NCBI RefSeq assembly: GCF_018977255.1 | Contig: NW_024704742.1 | Coordinates: 132,620,001-132,684,000, forward strand | Length of the DNA: 64,000 nt | Direction of reading: 5' to 3' | From: Callorhinchus milii | Lineage: Eukaryota | In this document: piece after piece, positions 1 through 9,300 of the stretch | Numbering within the stretch: position 1 is the first letter of the stretch | Layout: the number at the start of each line of letters is the position of its first letter | Notes under the pieces: model-generated | Seen by the model: the letters and a program-made list of their open reading frames with translations, nothing else | What the model was told of the DNA's origin: nothing | The model's database searches: none | Position numbers and translations under genes: made by a program

Positions 1-350
1 GGGGTTGGGGGGGTGGTGGTTAATGCAATACACAAGCTTTTTGAAACCTCGCTAGTCATTTATCTCTTTTGGGACCACAAAAGGAGTCATTCATCAACAG
101 GCAGAAGGCAAAACACAGACGAAGCAGCTGTAATTTACATACATTACATATGTACATTGTTTCTAGTGGCTGAATGTCAGGGATTCTTGTGAAGCACAGG
201 GACACCCAGTGTACAGTGTGTGCAAACACACTGAGGGTGATATTTAGCACAAATAAGAAGATGGTCCATGAGACTTTTTTAAAAAAAAAGCAAATTGAGA
301 ATTGTTCTTTATGGTACACATTTGTCCATTTTGGCTCTCTCCCCCTGCCC

Positions 351-914
351 TCAGCTTCTGGCTTTCTTGGGTATTTCTCCCTTTCCCGATCCTGGCTGCT
401 TACTGCCTTTCCCTGTCATGCCTCCTCCACCTCCTCCTCTCCTCTTCTTCCTTTGAACCTGCGCCTCCTCCTTTAGCGAATTAATCCACAGAGCGTCGAA
501 GGACCCGGGCGCCTGGTAACCCGGCTCGCTCGGGTCCAGACTGTCTTTGGATAGCAAGACCCAGATGGCAGGGAGGTTTCTCTTCACGGTTAGACTGTCT
601 AACCCTGCCTCGGTGGCGATGGGATCCCACAGCTCCTCGACCTGTTTGTAAGACAGCTTAGTGATCTGCTGGAGTCCCTTCAGCCTTCTCTTCATTATCT
701 CCACACAGGTGATGGCTTTACTCACCGCTCTGCCAGTGCCGGTGAAAAGCATCACCCTGGTGTCGTCCGATTCCATTTTCCCAATGGCGTAGCCCATCAG
801 GTTTCTGATTTTGCTGCCTTCTTTCACCTTCATTTCAATTATATCCTTCGGGAGGTTGGTGAATGGCAGTTCTGTTGGCAGTTCTGTGATTTTGGCTTTC
901 TGGTAGTTTTCCAT
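351..914 (-). CDS. RPP25L: Ribonuclease P/MRP subunit p25-like protein (Alba domain), 187 aa, single coding exon
   Basis: Intact ORF MENYQK...EMKVKEGSKIRNLMGYA...FTGTGRAVSKAITCVEIMKRRLKGLQQITKL...AIWVLLSKDSLDPSEPGYQAPG matches the RPP25/RPP25L Alba family. It has a basic/Gly-rich tail and lies next to DCTN3, as RPP25L does in other vertebrates. Candidate acceptor (..aaacAG) just upstream; exon begins ~947. Confidence 0.93.
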   Translation of the reverse strand: MENYQKAKITELPTELPFTNLPKDIIEMKVKEGSKIRNLMGYAIGKMESDDTRVMLFTGTGRAVSKAITCVEIMKRRLKGLQQITKLSYKQVEELWDPIATEAGLDSLTVKRNLPAIWVLLSKDSLDPSEPGYQAPGSFDALWINSLKEEAQVQRKKRRGGGGGGMTGKGSKQPGSGKGEIPKKARS

Positions 915-1004
915 TTCAAGAGCTTTTCACCGCTGGCTTCCGAGGCCCTGTTTGAATTCAATGAACAAATGTTTAAAGTATATCGTCTGGGAATGTAAAA
1001 GATA

Positions 1005-1390
1005 CAACGCAACATATAGCACCCGTCACAAGGATAGTGTCACGGAGTCCTTAATAGTGCCAGAGCTTGACACCAAGCCGGGGAGAGGGGAGATGACAGT
1101 AGGCATGGTCAAAGAGGAAGGCCTACAAGTTTGATCTGAAGATGGGCAAAGAAATGGCAAGGCAGAGGGATTGAAGCAGAGAATTCCAAAGTTTAGGGCT
1201 TTCTTGTTGAAAGCACGGCCACCGATGGTGGAGCAGAGCGGAACGAGGGCTGTGCAGAAGGCCGGAGCCAGGTGAACTAAAAGGGCGGGTAGTAGAATGG
1301 GGTGTAAGTGGATCGGGGAGGTATGAAGGTGCCAGAGTATGAAGAGATGTTATGACAGGTCAAGACTTGATTTCCCACGATTCAATGCTA
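1005..1390 (-). mobile_element. Degenerate L2 LINE 3' fragment
   Basis: Similar to the 3' ends of the better preserved L2 copies in this window (e.g. 45570-45960). Confidence 0.6.
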
Positions 1391-1552
1391 AATACAGTCG
1401 TGGCGTTACGAGTTAGATGATTTACATAGCATTTAGGATTATTTGGGGTCAAGAAACTGTTACGATTTAGCCGTTTATCTGATTTATAACAAACAAATGC
1501 AAATAAATCAAAGCATTTTTTGATAGGAAACCGAATGGGACTTGGGTGCATG

Positions 1553-1620
1553 TAAAGCGCTCTGAGACGCCGTCCGGCGTGGAGGGCGCTATATAAATCC
1601 AAGTTGTTGTTGTTGTTGTA
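1553..1620 (+). mobile_element. L2 3' tail only (stem-loop + (GTT)n)
   Basis: AAGCGCTCTGAGACGCCGTCCGGCGTGGAGGGCGCTATATAAATCCAAG(TTG)n; near-identical copy at 3677-3745 and attached to the L2 at 27069. Confidence 0.8.
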
Positions 1621-1624
1621 CGGC

Positions 1625-1847
1625 GAGTTCAATTTTAATGGCGAGGTCTCGTCTTCCTGTTCAGATGGACATAAAAGTTCCCATAGCACTATTCGAAAAG
1701 AGAAGGGAGTTTCTCTCTCCCGATGTCCTGGCCAACCAATCCCCCAAATAAAGTTGGTCATTCACTCCACGACTGTTTGCGGGACATTGCTGTGCTCAAC
1801 TGGATGCCGGGTTTCACACTTAAAACAGCCAATTCATTTTACGGTAT
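1625..1847 (+). mobile_element. Deu-domain SINE fragment
   Basis: Matches the 3' half of the full copy at 60512-60935. Confidence 0.7.
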
Positions 1848-2087
1848 GAAACAAGAACAGAAGTCGCTGGGAACACTCGGCAGGTCAGGCAGCATCTGTG
1901 GAGAAAGGAAAGTGAGTCAACGTTTCAGGTCCACGACCCTTCGCCAGAGCACGTCATTCCTGACAAAGAGTCGTGGAAGGTTGACTTCGCCTTCCTTTCT
2001 CCATAGATGCTGCCTGACCTGTTGAGCGCTCTCAGCTCTCTCGCTCCGTTTCTGCTTCAGATTTCCAGCACCTGCAGTGCTTTGCGT
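1848..2087. repeat. Palindromic Penelope-like (pLTR-derived) repeat with decayed hammerhead-ribozyme core
   Basis: Arms CAGGTCAGGCAGCATCTGTGGAGAAAGGAA / TTCCTTTCTCCATAGATGCTGCCTGACCTG are reverse complements centred ~1950. The minus strand reads CTGGCGA-AGGGTC-GTG-GACCT-GAAAC. Confidence 0.65.
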
Positions 2088-2929
2088 CTCGTCCCCTTCG
2101 CGATATACTGTTTGGAGATATCTTGAGCGAGTGAGAAGGCGCCATATCAAATGCAAGGATTATCATCATCATCATCATCATTATTATCATTGTGCCCAGA
2201 GATTTTAGTCGCAAAAATACCGTCACCTCGTTACTGTACAGAGAAGGGCACCGGAGGCTCAGTGTCACTCTCAGGTGGTGGGGGGGGGGTGGGGTGGAGG
2301 GCACTGCATGAACTTCATCTCGTCAACAGATTGCAGACTTGCCAAGTCGAGACTTTCCATCACGAGCAACGACCACCGCCACGACGGCTGACGACGACAA
2401 CAACCAACCCCCCCCCCCCCCCCCCCACACACCTCGCGTTCGACATGAGCGCCTCATACGGTCCGGGACGTCTCGAAGCGCTTCCACGGGGAACGGACCG
2501 CAAAGTGGGCGGACTGGACCGGACCGGACCGGACACCTCGCGGGGCAAGACACGGGCAGCCCCCGACAGCGCGAGGCAACGTCCCGCGGACAGCCACGAA
2601 GCGAGCGGCCAACTTTATTTGGGGAGGGGAGGGAGGGGGGGGGGTTGGGTGTTGTTGGTCTGGACAGTGGGGGGTCAGTCAGTCAGTCAGTCAGACAGAC
2701 GGTTCAGGCCCTTCCCCTATATTTATTTTAAAGCCAACACCCACCTATTTTTTTTTGACCCCCCCCTCCTTTTTTAGCTCAGTTTTCGCGCTCTTTCCAT
2801 CGCGCTGCAGGTTTTTTGGACGGAAATTCTCTCCCCCCCCCCCTTTCCCCGGGGGGGACTCACTTTTTTTTTTCTTTTTCTTTAAATATATATCTATCAC
2901 TTTTTTTAAAAAAAAACCCACCGACTCAC

Positions 2930-3080
2930 GAGGCGCCAAACGGCCGACCGACCGACCGACCTCCTGCCGCAAACCGTCCGCTCGCTGTCGCAAAATCCTC
3001 CCCGCCCCACTACCGCAAATGGTGGGGGCGGGTGTCGCCAAGTCGCGCTGGAGAGGGGCTTTCTCTCCGCCCCGCCCGGG
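2930..3080 (-). other. RPP25L: Putative non-coding first exon of RPP25L
   Basis: Minus-strand GTGAGT donors at 2929 and 2863 inside the CpG island; acceptor at 948/949. The TSS cannot be seen directly. Confidence 0.4.
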
Positions 3081-3123
3081 TCACGTCACTTCCCGGCGCG
3101 ACCGGAAGTGGCCGTTGGCAGCC

Positions 3124-3221
3124 ATGGCGGAGCTCAAGAAGCTGGAGTCGCGGCTGCAGGAGTGGAGAGGCGGCTGTACGGAGAGGGCGGGGCCGGGACC
3201 GGGGCCAAGGCCAAGCCACAG
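3124..3221 (+). CDS. DCTN3: DCTN3 exon 1 (apparent 1-nt deletion at 3162/3163)
   Basis: Kozak gcc[17 protein letters not shown] in one frame, then [19 protein letters not shown] in another; donor CAG|GTACAG. Confidence 0.88.
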
Positions 3222-3334
3222 GTACAGAGGAGGGGCCACGGGGGAAAGGGTCAAGGGCGGGGTCGCTGGACACCCCCCCCCCCGGGGACCGGCAGGGCTG
3301 AGGCTCGGTGTCGGGGGCTGAGGATCCGGGAGAG

Positions 3335-3366
<32 letters not shown>

Positions 3367-6300
3367 GAAGGGAAAGCGGTTGTTGCTGTTGTTGGAAACA
3401 GTCCATAAGAGCGTCGGAATTCGCTGGCGAAAGACCACCAAGTTCCACCCAGTTCACACTCCGCCGCCCGTCGTGTCCCAAACTCGCGGTCATCATCTCG
3501 TGTAGACCACGAGGCTATTTCCGTTGGGGTCCCAGACCTTAAGCGCTCTGGGGCGCCGCCGCCGCCCCTGCGTGAGCCGCGCTCTCCCAGGTGCAAGTTG
3601 TTGTTTTGGGTAAAGACGATGAGTCGAACGGGGACTCGATTCCTCTCCCCCTCCCCCTGGCTTCGCCCCTGTTACTGTGAAGCGCTCTGAGACGCCGTCC
3701 GGCGTGGAGGGCGCTATATTAATCCAAGTTGTTGTTGTTGTTGTAGATCCGGCCTCTGAGTCTGTCCGGCCTTGGGTCGATTCCGCTGGAACTCCACCCC
3801 GGAGTCCTACCGCCTCCTTCAAGGCCCGTCTCAAGATCTTTCTCGTTTTTCTGCTCAGCTGAGCGTCTGCAGAAAGTGTGAGGCAAATGATTAGGAAACA
3901 ATAACAAAAGTACACTTGTATAGGGCCTTTCATGTCGGAAGGGTGACCGAAGGCGCAGGATAATCAGTTTTTCGGACACGAGCTGGGGAGCGGGTTCAGG
4001 AAGGGTGCAGGGCAGGGTGGGGGGGAAGGAGGGTGACCGAAGGCCCAGTCGAAGAGTAGAGTCTTGAAGGAGGCAAGGGAGGGGCTGAGGCAGAGGATAG
4101 GGGAAAAGATGGGGGGTGAGAGGGTCGCGGAGCCTGGTGCGGGAGAGGACATGGGTTCTGGATGATCTGCAGCCTATGGAGGGAGGAGTTGGGGAGGCCG
4201 ACAAGCAAGGAGTTTGCTTAGTTGGGCCTGGATGTTATGAATGCATATTTGAGGGTCTTGACGGCCTGCAATGTGAGACAGTGGCAGAGCCAGGCGATGT
4301 TGCAGAGGTGGGGCAACGCAGAGGGGGTCATGGCATGGATGTTGGGTAGAAAGGACAAGTTGTGGGTCAAACAAGACTCCAAGATTCTGGACTGGCTCAG
4401 TGAAGTGGAGTGTGCATTCTTGGATGGTGATGCTATCAGTTCCTGAGACATGGAGATGCTGACGGGAGGTGATCAGGAGAGCCTCGGTCTTGTTGATGTT
4501 CAACTGTAGAAAGTTAGCTGTCATCCAGGACTTGATGTCTGACAGACAGTCTGTCAGGACAGGAGTGGTCCTGGAGTCAAGGGTAGAGGCAGAGGTAGAG
4601 TTGGGTGTCATCCGCACGCATGTGGAAGTTGACGCATGGCTGAGGATGATGTCACCAAGAGTGAGGATATAGATATTGAAAAGAAGGAGACCAAGGACAG
4701 AGCCCTGAGGAACGCCGCATGTGATGATGCAGGTTCTTGAGGAGAAACCGTTTGTGGAGAAAAGCCAAGGCTTGGAGACCCTAGAGTGTGTGTTGGGTAC
4801 TGCTGGAGTCTAATCATCTGAACCCACATGGCTTGCGCCTCCGGTCATCCTCCCTCCCTCCCTTTAAGCACTCTGAGACGCCTTGCGCCGTGGAGCGTGC
4901 TATATAAATCCAAGTTGGTGGTGTTGGCCCCACCCCTCCAGAATCCATCCCCCAGTTTGGGTGCAAACTCTCGACCGTCCAGCACCTCGGGACGTCCTAT
5001 GTGAGAGACAGTATGTAAATGTAACTGGTTCTTGTTGCCTCCGGGTCACAGGTTGCGGTTCTACCAGGTTAAACTCCAGCAGTTACCAATCCTTCTCTCT
5101 TTCCCCCTCCCCCTGCTACCTACACTGTGCAGTCCTCAAGCCTTGGCTTGTTAGCTTATTACTGTCTGGAATTGGGTAAGCAGAATGTGTCCCTCCAGGG
5201 GGAGAATGCACTTTCATTTGCAGCCCCTCACTTGAGAACCTGGATACCCAGTCACAATGTGCTGCTTATGGAACATGAGCATGGTATTTTTTGGAATAAA
5301 GGCATCTTTGTGTGTGCTAGTCAGTCATGATCCAGAGGTGCCGATTGGAGTAATAATGTACTTTGCTCTGCATTTATTGTTCCTGTGTCGTCTTTGTCTT
5401 CCAGTGTACTGATGCTGTGGTAAAGGTCCAGGTCTCTTTGGGGAATGTTGCTGGCAAGAGGGAAAGGATAAAAACTCTGTACAAGAAAAGTAAGTACTGC
5501 CTATTCTACACAACACAGCTTTGAACTGTGTATGGATTTTACTCCTTGATCGAACATTTACCTGACACTTAAATCCTTCTTTCGAGCTCATTTGCTTGAG
5601 CAATAGCTGTTCAGCTGGTATAGATTGGGTTCATTATGATAGTGTGCCAGGTCTGAGATTCAATGTTGCAGAAAATATTTCCAGCTCCAATTCCTGCACG
5701 CTCAACAACCACGTGGCTTTTGATTCATTGTGTGCTGAAACTGTTGTAAAAAGAAAGCAAACCAGAATTCCGGAGAAGAGAGTTCCTTGGCCTCTTTGAC
5801 ACCCTGTGGTAGTGTGTGTGCTTGTTTTTGCAGCACCACGCAACTTCTGTGTCTTCACTCAGCTGCAGAACATGTTTATAAGTTAAATATTTAGAAATTT
5901 GGAATAGATTAGGATTGGCACATCCTGTTATTGCATTTCTCTTCAATCATGCTCCTTTTCAGGGAAAAAAAACTGATGATGTACAGTCCTTGCATTTGAT
6001 ATACCGTTTTAAATGTCATCTAAACGTCTCAAAGTTCTTCAGAGGATTTTACTGCAAATTATAGTGATTGTGTGGTGATTTTTGTGGGTATGGTGCCATA
6101 GGATCTTATATCTGTCTGAACAAGAAGACAGGACCTCAGTTTTATCACCTCATCTGAAGGATGGTGCTTCAAAAAAGCAGCTTTTCCCCAAGCACTGCAT
6201 TGGAGTGTCAACATTCCTCTCAACTTAGCTCCTGTTTTATTTATATTTGAAAAAAAATGTGCCCCAGAAGGCATTCAAAAGGCTCCCAATGTAAGCTAAA

Positions 6301-9300
6301 CTGTTTACAATTGGAGGCTATATTTTATGGAGACGGATTTAACAATTTATTGAAGGTGGATGTTTTTGCAGAATGCACTGGAGGAAGCTGTGGATTTATT
6401 TGGATGGTTGCTATAGTGGTTGAATGCAAGCTTGCCTGCAAGATTCCACTATCTTCCACTCTGTTTATACCCCCTCCCTACCCTGAAATCACCATGTGTC
6501 CTCACTCCACTGCATCATACAGGGTGTCCACAAAGTTCTTTTACCCCCATGTTTTTTTTCTACAGTGCACTCACTAACAGCTGAAACATGTGGAAGAATG
6601 ATGATAAATGTATTTAGAAGTGCTTGATTGTATTCAGTGCAAGTGTTTAAGTGTATTTGGTCGTCCAGAGGAGCGTCATCGTTTTCAGGGCAGATAATAA
6701 TAATAATAATAATCCTTGCATTTGATATAGCGCTTTTCACGTCGGGAGGACGTCCCAAAGCGCTTCACAGAATATACTGTAAAGTGAATTGACTGTATAT
6801 TTGTGGGCGAACGCGGCAGCCAATTGCGCACAGCAATGTCCCACAAACCAAACAGTCGTAGATTGAAAATGACCAATTTATTATTGTTTTGGGTTTTGGA
6901 GGGATTATTATTAGGCTCTGTGTGGAGTAAGGAAACTTGCCCAAGGTTTCGCCCTGCCTGGAATTGAACTCAGGTCTCTCGCTTGCAAAGCGAGTGCTCT
7001 AACCACTGAGCTACAGGACTCCGTCCTGAACACACAAAATCCTAGTAATCCACAACAGATTAACAATGTCAATGAAGGTCACACACAATTAATCTCTTTC
7101 AATGCTGATCAAATTACTATGCATTTTTGCTTTGTATTTCAACTCAACTATTTACACCGTCCTAATACATTCCTGGACAACTGCTATATTGTAATAAGTA
7201 CAGTTTTGCAGGAAAAAGAGCACATTCAGGGATATTTCTTTAATTTTTAAAATTAAAAAAATGAAACACAATTCTCTCTACTTTGTGGCCCTGAACATTG
7301 ATTAATGGAAATGGATAAATACTGATGGTTAATCTCACATTCTGAGTTATACTCTATGGACAGCTGACTGAGGAAAACATTAATCAGCCCAGCATTGCTG
7401 AATGCTAGTCAGAGGATGAAAAGCATGAACATGAAAAAATTGAGACTGGTATTTCAAACCAGATCTCCCACCTGAACAGTTTTAAACACTTTGCATATCA
7501 CGTCTTTTGTACTTCCTACATTTAATTTTCTAGCAACTGGCTGAAGTTTGTAGAGTGATAAAGAGTGATACAAACATTTCCAGAGAAGTTTCACAACAGA
7601 TTTCAGCAGATTGACTTGTCTGCCAAGAAACATTTCCTGAAACAAACCTCTAAGAATAATTAGTTACTTCCCTACTTTCAGTAAAAAGAGATGGGAGAAC
7701 CCACATGTGCAGAACGCATACTGTAACTGTTTTTCTACAAAATTTAAATCCACTATATTTACAACCCCAAATATGCTCCAATTCAACGATCCGTCCCTAT
7801 GTCGAATGAGACATCTTCCGTAACATGGATGGAGTGACACAGAGAAATGCACGTCTGACAGCTTGTTTCAGATCCTCCATAGTCTCATATCGCTGTTTGT
7901 AACAGGATAAGAGGACTTTGTGTACACCCTGTACTTGAGCAACAATTGGAAACTGGGATGTTTTTCATGGGAGGAGTGGGGAAAGAGGGGAAAGGATGCT
8001 TTATGTACTTCTATCACACATGCTCTTGTACATGATTCAGTTCACTGGTGGCAGCTCGGTAGGATTGCATTCATTTAGTCAATACAAGGTGAAAAGGCAC
8101 AACAGCATGAAACTCATGAAAAATGGGCAATAGCTGACATTTTGCAACGTGAAAATGAATATGAAAATCTTGAACAGCAACAGTATGAGGTTGCAAAAGG
8201 ATCCTTGTTTAGAAGTGATTTGAGCATTAAGATGTTCCTTAATGAGTCCAGTGCACTGGTAACTTGCTGTCAATTACACTCTGTAAAGAACTACTTCCCG
8301 GTGTGTGTCCTAAACTTCCCCTTCGCAGCCCTGAACAAATTCAACAGTTTAAATTCCAGTGGTTAAATTGGGTGCATCAAGAGCGTATTGTGCCATGCAA
8401 GTCAGCCACATTTGTTACCTTCTGTTCTTGTGAAGACTGAAAGAAAGCCAGCAGTTTGTGTGTTTAAGGGTGGAGCTGGGAGAAGCTTGCTCAATTCGTG
8501 TGAGGTTTTGTTTTTGCCTGGTGTTTAATGAAACAGAGCAGTTTTCATTTAGTTGATGAAGAAATTAGCGATGCTGCTATTTCATTCTGCAATTTAAGTT
8601 TGCTCTGAAACACTCTGAGATGCCCTCCTAAAGTGAAAGGCACTAATTAAATGCGAAATTGTTGCTGCTGTTACATGCGATATTAAAGTATGTTGAAGTA
8701 TGCCTTTGAACTCTGCAGTGCAGTACAATGCAGCGAAGAGCAGGAACTATAAACAGGCGCCTTGTCTCCAACTTGATAGACCAGGCATTAAAAGCAAAGA
8801 CTTAAACAATCTAAACGTATATTATGTAGATAAAAGAGGATAGAGAGTGAAATAGAAAACAAATACTTTTTTGTGTGATCTGCTGATTTGGAAATGAGTA
8901 AAGGAGATGTCGTCAGCTGAGTCCTGAAGCCCAGCTTAGTTTCCCAGGATCCATAAGGCAATTGATGCCTCAAAGTCTATTTAACCTGAAATCTGACCCT
9001 GGATTCACATCTCATCTGAGCTCCTCCACAAGGTGGCACAAGAGGGTCTCGCTACAATTTACTCTCAAATTGAGAAAAAATATAACAGATTAGAACGGGA
9101 TGAATGATTCTTTATAAGTATAAAAAGCAAGTACTGTGTCACGCTTCTAGGTTTCCATTTTGAATTTTATGGGGACAAGATTGCTTTTGAGGCATGACAG
9201 CCATGATCTGCAGGGACTGCAGTGCTATATTGTAAGACAACCTTAATCCAGTCCTCGTCTTTTTTCGACGTGTCCTTTTATGACATTGAAACTGAAGAGC

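Larger units (their letters stand above)
2340..3720. promoter_or_regulatory. CpG island / bidirectional promoter of RPP25L and DCTN3
   Basis: Very GC- and CpG-rich against a CpG-poor background. GC boxes (CCCCGCCCC ~3000, GGGGCGGG ~3024), GTCACGTCAC at 3080, ETS-like ACTTCCCGG at 3088 and CCGGAAGTG at 3102, just upstream of the DCTN3 ATG (3124). Confidence 0.85.

Noticed and set aside
2151..3600. Many long overlapping ORFs (e.g. 2151-2777, 2755-3321, 3081-3596)
   Set aside because: They reflect stop-codon scarcity in a GC-rich CpG island. Only 3124-3221 has protein homology (DCTN3 exon 1).
8085..8366. Protein-looking ORF ([25 protein letters not shown]) in DCTN3 intron 2
   Set aside because: No recognisable family or convincing splice sites, and it runs into an antisense CR1 fragment.
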